The notes beneath the pieces were generated by a model that made no database searches, was not told the DNA's origin, and worked only from the letters and a program-made list of their open reading frames with translations. A stretch of DNA of 64,000 nucleotides, taken from the human T2T-CHM13v2.0 reference genome, Homo sapiens. The number at the start of each line of letters is the position of its first letter. Positions within the stretch are counted from its first letter, which is position 1. The position numbers and the translations under genes are program-made. Location: assembly GCA_009914755.4 (NCBI GenBank), contig CP068257.2, positions 34,944,001 through 35,008,000 on the forward strand, given 5' to 3'. This document shows positions 44,456-62,454 of the stretch, piece after piece.

Positions 44456-47400
44456 GTGTGTTTCTCAGGGGGCTGCATTCGCGTGGGATAAATGGGGTGT
44501 GGCGCTGAGAAACATGCAGGCCCTCGCTTTCCGCACACTGTGGCCTTTGTGGAGGAGTGTTTTGTTTACTGCCATTAAAATTCAGAGAGCACGACCAGGG
44601 AGCGTGCAGGGCCGTGGGAGGGACAAGGGCTGGCTCCTCAGGGAGAGGCCTGGGCTGATGTAAGCTGAGCGTGGGCCTGGCCCCGGGGGAGTCCCCACCA
44701 TCTGGGCCCAGATCCCACTTACATGGTCACTGGTGTTTGCAAACCCTTGATTCTGTGCAGAAACCCATCCGTGGTTCCCTTTCTGACGTCCATCTCAGGG
44801 CCCTGGCCTCCTGGGCCCAGCATCCAGGGATCCTCCACACTCCCCTAGCTCCACACCTCCCACCTCACCTCACGCTATTCCCCCAAACTGCTTCCCTGCT
44901 CATTATTTCTGAAGGTGACCCTGAGAACGAGCACCTCAGCCCTTGGCCTGATCTTTGCCGGGGCCGGTGTCCCCCTGTGGATGCAGGGCTCTCTCTGGCC
45001 TCCAGGGGACCCACGCCTGCCTCCTCCCCTCAGAGCTCCTCCAGCACCAATGGTCTGCACCCCCTAATTGTGTCTGGAGGGCATCGGCTTCCCCTCATTT
45101 CTGTACCTGACTCCCCAGCCAGCCTGAGGACTCCCGGGGGGACTTTAGGCCCCAGCACTCAACGTCACGTCACACTGGGGCAGAGCTCAGTGTGCATCTG
45201 TTGGTTGATGACATTATCAGGCAGCAGGTGCATTCCAGTGCCATCTACCCCACAGGAATCCATTCCCTTTGAACGGCCAGGCCAGGCCTCCACTGTCCCC
45301 TCCCAGCCTGCCCATGTGGTTCCAATACTGTTGACACTTTGACTCTTGTGTGGCTCCCAGGCTGGTCTATGGAGAGGCTTCAGCCAGCTGCAACCACACC
45401 ACTCCTGGTGTCCGAATCCTCTGTCCCAACAATTGCATGCACTATTGGCTCAAAAAAGCGTTTTGAATATCAAATGCAAACTCAATGGGTTGGGACTCAT
45501 GGGAACATTTTCATCAAATGCTGGAGAACTTACGGACTCACCTTTCCTTTTCTCCACCTTTCTCCTACATTCACCAAAACATTGAACTGATTGGAGGTCC
45601 TGGCCATCTCACTCACTAATGGCAACCCCTCCCAAATGAGTGTCTCCATTCTGGTATGTGAGCCAGTGAGCTTCAATGAACCTCATAACTTCCATGTAAT
45701 AACATCTATGTTCCCTGAAAGCTCTGGTACTTAACCAGGGGCAATTTTCCCTCCAGGGGACATTTGGCAACATCTGGAAACATTTTTAATTACACAATGG
45801 GAGGGAGGAGTGCTCCTAGAATTTAGTGGGGAGAAGCCAGGGATAAACATCCGACAATGCACAGGACAACCGCTCACAAGAAAAAGTGATCCAGCCCCAA
45901 ATGTCAATAATGCCAAGGTTGAGAACTGTGCCCTGAATGTATTATAAAGTGTCTTGTAGAAGGTAGTTCTATTTTATTTAACTTGTGATTCGACATCAGC
46001 AATTCTTGCCTGCCCAGGTTGGTCACCCACACCGCCAGAGGGAAATGAAGGGCTAGAGGGGACTTCTAACTTGGAATGGAGACAAAAGGCACAAGACTCC
46101 CACAGCAAATGACAGTAAAGGGGTGCCTGGAGGTCCGGTGCATTTCTGGGAGCCAGTCCGAAGGGAGACCTCCCTTTTAAATTCCAAGCACTCAGTCAAT
46201 CCAACTCACAGGAAGGCTCCAGATGAAAGGCCGATGAGAGATGTGGAAAGAGAGCACTTTTGTTTCTAAGCTTACAGAGAAGGGTGGAGAATTTTTTAAC
46301 TGAGCCAAACCACACACACCTCTATTGGGGCATGAAAAATTTGCGCATCAACAAGACACAATCATGCAAGTGACACGGCTTTTCATGCGAGTCACCCACG
46401 TGGCTCACCAAATCAAATGTGAAAGCTTATTTGTTTTGTGGAAATTCTCAAATAATGGCTCTGCCTGTTGCAGCAGGTAAAACTTACAGTTGAATTGTGA
46501 TAGAGTTTTTTCAACACAGGATTTTTCTGTTTGACAATATTTGAACAGATGGTATGTGGGGCAGCACAGGAAGGTGCCCAACAGTTTCCACCCTGAGACC
46601 CGGATCCCAGTGTCTTCCATGGTTGGCCAGTGTGTACTATATATAGAACTTGGAGTGCTCAAAATCTTGCTTTCTGCATGACTTGTACTCAACTGGTCTT
46701 ATTCCATTTACTTTTCCCTGCATATTTTCCCCTGGCATTTTATTGATTCTATCAGGATTACTTTCAGCTGCAAATAATGGCAAACCCAACTAAGAGTGGC
46801 TTAAGCAGTGAAGACAATGACTTAATTATCATTATAGTCACATAACAACAGTCAGAAAATTCCAGGGTTGCTGTCGTGTGGCTCAGTGATGTCATGGAAG
46901 GAGCTTTTTCTGCTTGGCTAGTCACAGTAAGTTAGATTTTCATCTTTAAACTCATGACCTCATGATCAGAAGATGTCTCTAAAGCTGTAGATGCAACAAC
47001 ATTTCAAACAGGAACACATAGGGTGACGAGCCAACTCCCTTTGCCCAAGGCTGAGGGGTTACTAGAAAGTCCCAAGTTAACTGGGACAAGTTGGTTACCC
47101 TATGGCCACCTTTTGTTAGGGAAGAACATCTTCCCCAGAAATTCCAGCATGTTCTCCTTGGTCTGTTGATCCAGAACTAGGTCATATCCTCACCACTAGA
47201 CCAATGACTGGCAAGGAGGCCCAGGATCCCCCTGCTGTGATTCATCCCCTGGGGCTAGAGAAGACCCTCCCCTGGGCTTGCCCAACACTGAAACAGAATG
47301 GAGATTCTATTGGCCAGGAAGAAGGTGAGGAACCCAGACATTCGCCAGAGTGCTCATGAAAACAATTAATTTCCCAGTTAGCCAAATCTTACCAACCAAG

Positions 47401-47487
47401 CAGATTGTGTGTGTTAGACACATTATTCATTCATTTATTCCTTATTATTTATTCCTTGAACAAATATATGTGCAAGCTCTAGCCTGG

Positions 47488-47692
47488 GCCAAGTGGGTCT
47501 AGGGGGACCTCCCCCACCCCAGTTCACTCCTCCCACACTGTGGGGCCTACAGAGCTCCAGGTGATTCTGGCAGAAACTCGACCATGGCCAACTGGTGCTC
47601 CAGGAAACAGAGGGACCTTTGACCTAATTATTCCCAATTGCTTGTCTCCATCAATCACATTCTCTTGATAATTGCCCAGCTCCCCACTCTGT
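47488..47692 (+). repeat. Copy 2 of the about 205-bp direct duplication
   Basis: ...ccaggtgattctggcagaaactcgaccatggccaactggtgctccaggaaacagagggacctttgacctaattattcccaattgcttgtctccatcaatcacattctcttgataattgcccagctccccactctg. It lies 3.24 kb downstream of copy 1 in the same orientation. Confidence 0.75.
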
Positions 47693-47699
47693 TCTTCAG

Positions 47700-47860
47700 T
47701 TTTTTTGTCAATAAAAAGGAGAATATTATACCTATTTCATAGGATTGTTGAAGAATTAAGTAACTTAATACAAGTAAAGTTCACAGAGTTTGCCTGGCAC
47801 ATGGGAAACATTCAATCAATGTTAGCTATTACTATAACACGTGTGGTAGTTTTTCAAATG
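47700..47860 (+). mobile_element. MIR SINE fragment (core/3' region)
   Basis: ctatttcataggattgttgaagaattaagtaacttaatacaagtaaagttcacagagtttgcctggcacatgggaaacattcaatcaatgttagctattactat matches MIR ...cctcacagggttgttgtgaggattaaatgagataatgcatgtaaagcgcttagcacagtgcctggcacatagtaagcgctcaataaatgttagctattatt. Confidence 0.65.
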
Positions 47861-50607
47861 GGTTAAAAATCCTTTTGCACTTCTTTCTTTTCAGGTGGGG
47901 GGGATGGAGGGGAGAGTAAATCTATGTTCCTGTCCCTTGAATCTGTGTGGACTCTAACTGCCTTGACCACTGGGATATAGGAATGTGACTTTGAGGCTGG
48001 GTCATAAAAGGGCATACCTCTCCTTCCTTGTTTATGGGAACACTTGCTCTTGGAGTGCTACCCTGAGACCTCCATACTGGGCAAGTAAGATGGAGCATTC
48101 TGCTCCACAGTCCTAGCTGAGCCCAGCCTTCTAGCTATCCCCATCAAGGTGCCAGACATCACAGTCCCTCCAGCCTAACCAACTGGTACCAGCAATGACC
48201 TCCATCCATCAACACCATGTGCAACAGAAGAATTGCCCAACTGAGCCCTTCCCAAATTCACAGCACAAAATTGGGGGCTATAATAAAATGATTGTTGTTT
48301 TAAGGTATGAATTGTTGGAGTTGTTTGTTACACAGCAACAGATAACTGAGACACTACTCCTACAGTTGCTTATTATTACTACTATTATGATTATTCTTAT
48401 TAGTATTAAAAGACTGTGCCACTTGAATCTTGCCCTAACTATTTCTGGCTAATAAACTGCCCTTTAAGAAGCTACAGAAATATTCCTTATGAACTGTTGC
48501 TCCAGGACTTGTCCAGGAAAATGACTCATCTTATGTGATCTGGCCCCAAAGAACATATCAAGCTCAGTGTACAATAAACACTAGCAAGCCAATATTTGTC
48601 TTTTAAAACTCTGAAAAGTTCAAAGCCAAACCAAATGTCAAACTAACAAGCATGCCTCCGATTTTTAAATAAAAAATATAAAACCTAAATTCCTGATTTC
48701 CCCTGAATATAGCAGACGTGCCTGGGAGAGCCTGATTCCTGTAACACACCAGCCAAGGAGGAAAGACGCTAATGGTCTTGTGTTCTTTCTACCTGTCAAA
48801 GTGAAGGAAAACAACACATTGCTTTTAAACAATATTTATGTAACACTCCCCAGAAGCTGTACCTGCTGAAGTAAACTATAACCTTTCTCTCTTTAAACAC
48901 CTTTTACTTGTTATTCAAATAGGAAGTTATTCTTTCAGAATTAGCTACATCTGTCAACCTAGCATTCCTGACTGCCACATAGAACGTTCTTACCATATCC
49001 CATCTCCTCAATAACTTTCTCTCAAGCTTAATTTCCCCCTAGGTTTCATTTATTTTTGTGAACTCCCTGGGGCTTCCTGACAAAAGAAACCTTTAGGACT
49101 GTAGGTAACGGTAGGTAACATGGTCTGCACGTTTAGGGCTATATTTTCTTTTATTAGATTTTTCAACTCAGAGTAAGACAGTGGGACAAATCCACGCTGA
49201 AGGCAATTAGGTTTTTATTAATGGTTCCACAGACCCGACGTTTGTTATAAGCCTTAATGCACCAACTTTCTTGTCTCCTTCATGGGTTTAAAAGGTGTCC
49301 AGTGTGTTCTCAGATGTGTTTTTGTTGGATGGGCATGGGCTATAGCTCTTTGGCAGGAAAGCGTGGGTTGAGTAGACGAAAATGTACTGGATTCTATCTG
49401 CAAAATTCCAAGCACTCACTTCCATTGTTTCCTTATGTGCCATGCATTTATCAGGATGAAACCATCCCCTTTCCTTCACTGATCATTGTTTATAACCGCT
49501 TATCCATGGATGGGTGTTCCAGCTTTCGGCCTTGCCTGAAAAACATGCAGATGATTGCAATCTGCATTCTACCTGTAACTAATCCCATCCACAGCCTCTC
49601 CCATCTGCCACGGACTCTCCTCCCTGCGACTTTTAGTGATACAGAGTGAGGTTAGTCCTGGCTACTCTCCAGCAGAATTTCACACATAAGGCAAGGGCCA
49701 AGCAGAGATGTCCCTTACCCACCCAAGAGAACATGACAGAGAGGGCCACAGTGGGACTCTGGTGGAGGGTAGTTTAAGGAAGAGGAGGGGGCTTCGTTTT
49801 CAAGAGAATGAATTCGACCGATCTGGCCCGAGAATGCATTCCTGGCTGCACCTGTGAGGTGTTCGATGAACAAACTGGCTTTGGGTTTTCCTGGATGTCG
49901 TCTGATCTGAGTGGAATCCAGAGAGGTGCAATCAGGCTCTTGGAAGACTGAAAGCAAATGGTGGATTGGATGGGTTCATCTTCACTCTGCTTTTTCATCT
50001 TTTTCAAATTTGCAAACTGCTCTTTGCATGCCACACAGACACAACCATCACTAGGTCCTCTGCTGAACACCTATGGCGGTCCAGGTCCCACCCAGCAGGC
50101 TTCCTGTCAGATTTTCCAGATTTAGCTTCAAAATAGGTCGTATTTATTATGCCCTGCCTAGTTCCAGAAAGGGTTGGAGGCAGCTAACTTAAAAACATAA
50201 TTATGAAAAGCTGATTCGGCTTCTTATTTGGTTAAAGATGTTTTGCTGTAAATGTGAAAAAATATTTTAAATCCTCTTTTTTATTTTAGAGTGATCTTTG
50301 AAGATGATTACCTTATTTTACAAACAGACGTTTCTAATAATTGAATACCATTAAATATCTGTCCAAAAATTTCCTTTTGACCTCAAAATTACAACTAATA
50401 TATAGTGTTTTTGTTTCTTCCTAACGACAAGGAAATCTGATGTCATTGTGTAAATGATGCAGAAGAAATGTTTTGCATGGGCAAAAGTGCACTATCTCAA
50501 GGATTTGGATAAACTTTTATGTCATTGTCCTTGTCTGTGGCACAGTGTGGGGCGGGGGAGGGGGTCCTCTGCTCTGATCCACCCCAACACCCGAATGGTC
50601 TTAGTAT

Positions 50608-50657
50608 TTTATATTATATTATATTATATTATATTATATTATATTATATTATATTAT
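50608..50657. repeat. (TATTA)n pentanucleotide microsatellite, about 10 units
   Basis: Direct reading: tattatattatattatattatattatattatattatattatattatt. Confidence 0.95.
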
Positions 50658-51190
50658 TTCATTCAACATTGAGGCACACTGCCTTTTAATTTTTTCCTTC
50701 TGTGGACCACTTGAACTCTCGATTTCCCATGGTTTATTAAAATACCCAAATGTCATTCTTTTACTTCGATTTTATAAATAAACCTTTGGCTGTATCTGTC
50801 AGGGAGGGCTGAATTTACTAATTCTCAGGCCAAACCAGGCTGTGCTGGGACTCAGTGGCAGTTCGTGGCCATGCAGGCAATTCTGCTGGCCTGGTTGTTG
50901 CTGCCGTTTCCTGACGTGCCCTCTGTTCCCTGCCCAAACAACCCTCAGCGTTGGACAGATGAGAGAAAGGAGAAGAGAAATGCTCTCCCGTCTGGTGTGG
51001 AGATAATGCCTGACCACTCATCCTCCTTCCTGCTTTTATTCCGGGTGTAGATGGTGAGCCTGCCCATGGCCCAGTCTTTCACATGGAGCAGCAGGGCGTT
51101 CTCTCCAGTGGGAAGTAGCTCATGTCAGTTTCAATCATTTCCATTCCGGGCATTTTGCAGACCTTGGCTTCTTCTTGAGAAAGGTGAGCA

Positions 51191-51298
51191 GAGATATCCA
51201 GTGCCTCGAGGAGCCCAAAATGCATGATCCTGGTGCCTGTCACAGAGATATCCAGTGCCTCCAGGAGCCCAAAATGCATGATCCTGGTGCCTGTCCCA
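51191..51298. repeat. 54-bp perfect-looking tandem duplication (2 copies, 2 mismatches)
   Basis: gagatatccagtgcctcGaggagcccaaaatgcatgatcctggtgcctgtcAca (51191-51244) is followed directly by gagatatccagtgcctcCaggagcccaaaatgcatgatcctggtgcctgtcCca (51245-51298). The duplication is also visible in the ORF track as the repeated peptide TGTRIMHFGLLEALDIS. Confidence 0.9.
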
Positions 51299-51892
51299 GG
51301 TCTTCCCTCCTGGGTAGAATCTTCTGACCCGAATGTGGGGAAGCACAATGACCCCTAATCGCAAAGGAATGTTGGAGGATCATGCTGTGCACTCACTGCG
51401 GAGATGCATGTTTGGATTACGTGTTCTCATTTAGCAGCCGCCCGTTTGACAGGACATACTGCACGCCAGCCCTCTTGTTGACTTAGTTCCTGTACTGGCA
51501 AAGCCAAATAAACTGAGTTTGAGGAAGAGTGTGATTCGGGGGGAGAGGGCTGATTGGTGAGGACAGATTGGCGGTGAAGGGGAATTGAGTAGAGCCGTGG
51601 CTGCAGCTGTGAAAGAGGTGGGTGCACCCAAGTTCAACCGCATGTGGGCTGCCCACAAGACTACAGGAGCCTGGGTTCTGGAGGCGCTCTATGTCCCCAG
51701 GTCGAGGGGCTTAATTTACTGTTGTGTTTTGTTTGTGTAACAAAATATGTAATAGTACCTCATAAAACAAAACAGAAAAAGGAATGAAATCATAGGGTGG
51801 TGACTTCTTTCTAAAAAGGACTCCCCATGTTTGGAGCTCTGGGGGCAGGGCATTGTGCTAAGCGACTTTAACACATGGATATCTCTGTGCGG

Positions 51893-52959
<1,067 letters not shown>

Positions 52960-52960
<1 letters not shown>

Positions 52961-54110
52961 CCCTAAATTCATGTCATTTTCACATGCAAAATACATTAGT
53001 TCCATCTCAATAGCCCCAAAAGTCTTCACTTATTCTAGCATCAACCAAAAATTTAAAGTCCAAAGTCTCATCTAAATTTCATCTAAATCAGATATGGTGA
53101 GACTCAAAGTAGGATTCATCCTGAAGCAAATTGCTGTCCAGCTATAAGCCTGTGAAATCAAGCAAGTTATGTGCACCCAGATACAATATTGGGGCAGGCA
53201 GAAGACAGACATTCCCATTCCCAAAGGGAAAAATGGGAAGGGAGAAAGGGGCAATAGGACTCAAGTAAGTCCAAACAATGCTAAATCTTCATGCTTGAGA
53301 CTAACCTCCGCTGACTGCATGTCCTACCTTCTGGACACACTGGGGTGGGATTTGAGGTCACAAGGCTTTGGGGTGGCTTTGCCCCCAAAGCTTCACTGGA
53401 CCGAGCCCACACTGTAGTTCTCCCAGGTTGGAGTCTCATGCCTGTGGCTCTCCCAGACTGGAATTGCATGTTGATGGTTTCACTAGTCTGGAGTCTAGAA
53501 GGCTGCCCCATTCTCACGACTCCCACTAGGCATTGCCCTAGTGAAGGCTCTCTGCAGTGGGCTTGCCCTGTAGGTGCCCCTCTGAGTTCATTGCATGCCA
53601 GAGACTGCAGGCGGTTCCATCTTTTGAAATCTAGGTGGCGCCAGCCACACCCCCACAGCTCATGCACTCCGCAGCCTGGTGGATGTGAAGGTTTACTGCC
53701 TGTGCTCTCTGAAATCAGAAGATTCCAAACCCCCTGTGCCAGGCAGTATTATTGTGCTAAGGTGGACTGGAAGATCTACTGGCTCTTATCTTTGGTTGGA
53801 TTATTTGCTAGGGGGCCTCTTGCTTCTCCAGACTACTAACCTCCTGGCTCAAGCACCCACAGGCTTCACCAATGCCCAACCCCATCTAAGTCCTGGAGTG
53901 AGCAGGCTTAGGTGCTTGCTGTCGCTGTGGCCAAAGCATACCTTGGCTACAGTGCTGGATAGCACAGATACAGATAAACAAATACCAGGCCAATTTGTTC
54001 TCTTGCTTTTTATTAGGAGAAGAAAGGAAGTCCTTTCTCCATCTGGACATAAAGAACTTATGGAGAAAGACTGGGCTGACCATGAGTGGTAGAACAAAAA
54101 TAAGGCAGAA
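52960..54110 (+). mobile_element. Unclassified interspersed repeat (possibly LTR-retrotransposon internal sequence); a diverged second copy of its 3' part lies at 61740-62310
   Basis: The 53250-53925 segment (...tctcccaggttggagtctcatgcctgtggctctcccagactgg...ccactaggcattgccctagtgaaggctctctgcagtgggc...cttttgaaatctaggtggcg...) recurs at about 80% identity at 61850-62260 (...ggaagatctactggctcttatctttgg...ctggctcaagcacccacaggcttcaccaatgcccaa...). The family cannot be named from memory. Confidence 0.35.
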
Positions 54111-55735
54111 GAACAGGAAAAAAAAAAAACAAGAAGGAGAAGCACAGAAAAATAAATAAGATGCAGAGTGATCTGTTTATTGGGTTGGTTTCTGTGTAAG
54201 CACACAGCTGAGTGGTTAATACCCAGAACCCTGTGAATTTCCCTCGACTGTGGTGGGGAGGAGAGCACTGTGGTCATCTCTTTCTCATCTGAGGGAACTG
54301 AGGCCCAGAACACAAGCCCAGCTCACAGCTAAAAAGTCATGATCACAGGATGCAAACCCTGTCTTTGTGGGACTGCACAGCCAGTGCCTTGAGTACTCTG
54401 CAATTTTACCCCAAAGTTTCAGTAGTGTGCCTTGGGGATCAATTGTGTTTGAGCCAAGGTGGAAATTTTTCTGCTGGAAAAAGTTATGAGTAAGCTACCA
54501 CGGATCCAAAAGTAATTTGCTTTGCATGGTTTTCACCCCAATATTAATTGGAAAAATAAAGCAGGGAACTCTCCTTGTTGCAACAAGAGGCCAGGAAGCC
54601 AACACATCATTCATAAGCAACATTAGGTGTTTCCTTGGGGGAAAAACACTTTTTTTTCAGAATGGAAATATCTTTATTGCTGTCTTGCTTAAAGAAGTAC
54701 CTGTTCACCTCCTGTCCAAGAAGGCCGAATAGGAACAGCTCCAGTCTACAGCTCCCAGCATGAGCGACACAGAAGACAGGTGATTTCTGCATTTCCAACT
54801 GAGGTACCGGGTTCATCTCACTGGGGATTGTCGGACAGTGGGTGCAGGACAGTGGGTGCAGTGTACCAAGTGTGAGCCAAAGCAGGGTGAGGTATCGCCT
54901 CACCCAGGAAGTGCAAGGGGTCAGGGAATTCATTTTCCTAGCCAAGGGAAGGGGGAACAAATGGCACCTGGAAAATCGGGTCACTCCTACCCTAATACTG
55001 TGCTTTTCCGACAGTCTTAGCAAACGGCACACCAGGAGATTATATCCCACGCCTGGCTCAGAGGGTCCTACACCCACGGACCCTTGCTCATTGCTAGCAC
55101 AGCAGTCTGAGATCAAACTGCAACACGGCAGCGAGGCTGGAGTGGGGGGGGCGCCCGCCATTGCTGAAGCTTGAGTAGGTAAACAAAGCGGCCCGGAAGC
55201 TCGAACTGGGTAGCCCACCACAGCTCCAGGAGGCCTGCCTGCCTCTGTAGACTCCACCTCTGGGGGCAGGGCATAGCCGAACAAAAGGCAGTAGAAACCT
55301 CTGAAGACTTAAATGTCCCTGTCTGACAGCTTGGAAGAGAGTAGTGGTTCTCCCAGCATGCAGCTTGAGATCTGAGAATGGACAGACTGCCTCCTCAAGT
55401 GGGTCCCTGACCCCCGAGTAGCCTAACTGGGAGGCACCCCCCAGTAGGGGCAGACTGACAACTCACATGGCCAAGTACCCCTCTGAGACGAAACTTCCAG
55501 AGGAACGATTAGGCAGCAACATTTGCTGTTCACCAATATTCGCTGTTCTGTAGCCTCTGCTGCTGATACTCAGGCAAACAGGGTCTGGAGTGGACCTCCA
55601 GCAAATTCCAACAGACCTGCAGCTGAGGGTCCTGACTGTTAGAAGGAAAACTAACAAACAAAAAGGACATCCACACCAAACCCCATCTGTAGTCACCATC
55701 ATCAAAGAAGACCAAAGGTAGATAAAACCACAAAG

Positions 55736-56744
55736 ATGGGAAAAAAACAGAGCAGAAAAACTGAAAATTCTGAAAACCGGAGCTTCTCTCCTCCTCCAAA
55801 GGAACGCAGCTCCTCACCAGCAACGGAACAAAGCTGGAGGGAGAATGACTTTGACAAGTTGAGAGAAGAAGGCTACAGATGATCAAAATTCTCCGAGCTA
55901 AAGGAGGAAGTTTGAACCCAATGCAAATAAGTTAAAAACCTTGAAAAAAGATTAGACAAATGGCTAACTAGAATAACCAATGCAGAGAAGCCCTTAAAGG
56001 ACCCGATGGAGCTGAAAACCATGGCATGAGAACTACGTGACGAATGCACAAGCTTCAGTAGCCGATTCGATCAACTGGAAGACAGGGCATCAGTGACGGA
56101 AGATCAAATGAATGAAATGAAGCAAGAAGAGAAGTTAAGAGAAAAAAGAGTAAAATGAACAAAGCCTCCAAGAAATATGGGACTATGTGAAAAGACCAAA
56201 TCTACGTCTGATCAGTGTACCTGAAAGTGATGGGGAGAATGGAACCAAGTTGGAAAACACTCTGCAGGATATTATCCAGGAGAACTTCCCCAACCTAGCA
56301 AGGCAGGCCAACATTCAAATTCAGGAAATACAGACGTCACAAAGATATTCCTCGAGAAGAGCAACTCCAAGACACATAATTGTCAGATTCACCAAAGTTG
56401 AAATGAAGGAAAAAATGTTAAGGGCAGCCAGAGAGAAAGGTCGGGTTACCCACAAAGGGAAGCCCATCAGACTAACAGCTGATCTCTCGGTAGAAACTCT
56501 ACAAGCCAGAAGAGAGTGGGGGCAAATATTCAACATTCTTAAAGAAAAGAATTTTCAACCCAGAATTTCATATCCAGCCAAACTAAGCTTTATAAGTGAA
56601 GGAGAAATAAAATACTTTACAGACAAGCAAATGCTGAGAGATTTTGTCACCACCAGGCCTGCCCTACAAGAGCTCCTGAAGGAAGCACTAAACATGGAAA
56701 GGAACAACCAGTACCAGCCACTGCAAAAACATGCCAAATTGTAA
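55736..56744 (+). pseudogene. L1 ORF1 (ORF1p) remnant, inactivated
   Basis: The ATG is at 55736 (atgggaaaaaaacagagcagaaaaactg...). There is an in-frame TGA at codon 49 (55880-55882), where the L1 consensus has CGA (Arg), so a CpG-transition nonsense. A later frameshift means only the C-terminal 185 aa (56187-56744) remain open. Confidence 0.9.
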
Positions 56745-56807
56745 AGACCATCAAGGCTAGGAAGAAACTGCATCAACTAACAAGCAAAATAACCAGCTAA
56801 CATCATA

Positions 56808-60627
<3,820 letters not shown>

Positions 60628-61235
60628 TTGAACAATGAGAACACTTGGACACAGGAAGGGGGACATCACGCACTGGGGCCTGTTGTGGGGTGGGGGGAGG
60701 GGGGAGGGATAGCATTAGGAGATATACCTAATGTAAATGACGAATTAATGGGTGCAGCACACCAACATGGCACATGTATACATATGCAACAAACCTGCAC
60801 GTTGTGCACATGTACCCTAGAACTAAAGTATAATAATAAAAAAAGAAGTACTGGTTCATTATAAAATATCAAAAAGCATAAATGTATAAAGGCTCATCTC
60901 CCTTTTCTTCAGTTCCTCTCCCTGCTCTGCAAGAATGGACTTCCAAGGCTGTAGATGGACTATAGATGGTTTTATATAATAAGAAAGAAGAATCCACAAT
61001 ATGGGCACCATTGTGTATGAAGATGTCTTTCCAAGGTAATACACTCCGTGCAGAGCTTGCTTTTTTGGAACTGTGAGAGCTTCATTGATGAATGGACTCT
61101 TAACAATTCCCCACTGACAGGGATACGACGTCATGATATTACAAACAACCCTGCCATGAGCATTTCCTGAATCCTTGTGCATCTTTACCCATCTTGAAGT
61201 ATTTCCTCAGGACAGATTTATAGGGCAGGGATGTA

Positions 61236-61560
<325 letters not shown>

Positions 61561-61739
61561 TACAGGGCAGTTTTTAAAAGCCCTAGTGTCTCTAAGCGTG
61601 TTATGCTGGGCCACATCCCCCAAAGGTAAACACCCACATCACAGTCACAACACAACCCACATTCCTGGCTTTGTTGTGCTTGCCATTGCAGATCCCCAAG
61701 CCTCCTTGGAGCATCCCCACTAAATTCTATTCATGGGGG

Positions 61740-62310
61740 GCAGGACGCAGGCCTTTAAGCCACCCTGCAGCATCCTCCACTTACTTTTTTTACCTTCCCT
61801 GTACTGATTGTATGAGATGCCAAGGCCCTGTTCCCTCTCTCGGCTGACAATGGTCCTCACCCACATTCAGCAAACCTGGGCTGGGGTTGGGGTAGTCAGG
61901 ACCTTGACAATTTCCATGCCAGGGACCCAGATCCCATCTCTGGAGCCACAAGCCTCTGAGCTGTCAGATGAATGGCAAAGTCGTTCCTTGACTCCATCAT
62001 ACACAATCCAAACTCAATATTCCCTGGACTCCTTCCGTCTCTGTCCTACAAGATTCCAGAATCCCCATACCAGGACAGTATTATTATACTAAGTTGGAAT
62101 GGAAGATCTACTGGCTCTTATCTTTGGATGGGTTTTTTCCTAGGTGGCCTCTTAGGCGTCCAGACTACTAAACATCTGGCTCAAGCACCCACAGGTTTCA
62201 CAAATGCCCAAACCCACCCAAGTCCTAGAGTGAGCGGCTTAGGTTCTTGTTCTGCTCACACCACAGATTGTTGGATCTCCATGTGTAGGGGGTGAAGGGG
62301 GCAACTCGGA
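61740..62310 (+). mobile_element. Second diverged copy of the unclassified repeat seen at 53250-53925
   Basis: See the evidence for 52960-54110. Because the L1 at 54708-60841 has its own TSD, this is not the same element merely split by the L1; the two copies are paralogous. Confidence 0.35.
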
Positions 62311-62454
62311 GATTTTGAAGGGAGAAGTGTCACGAGCATCTTCGTGGGCAGGAGGAAGATGAGGATGTGAAAATTAGAAGAGACAACCTGGGGATGGGGG
62401 AGACACATTCAAGAATGCTAGAATATCAGAGCTGACTAATACACTGAGCTTGCA

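Noticed and set aside
44671-45342. 223-aa + strand ORF, the longest in the window, considered as a possible protein-coding gene
   Set aside because: The product is Pro/Ser/Leu-rich and low-complexity, and the ORF sits in GC-rich sequence where long stop-free frames arise by chance. It has no recognisable domain, no Kozak-like start context, and is overlapped by long ORFs on the opposite strand. In a human genome a real exon this long without splice structure would be exceptional.
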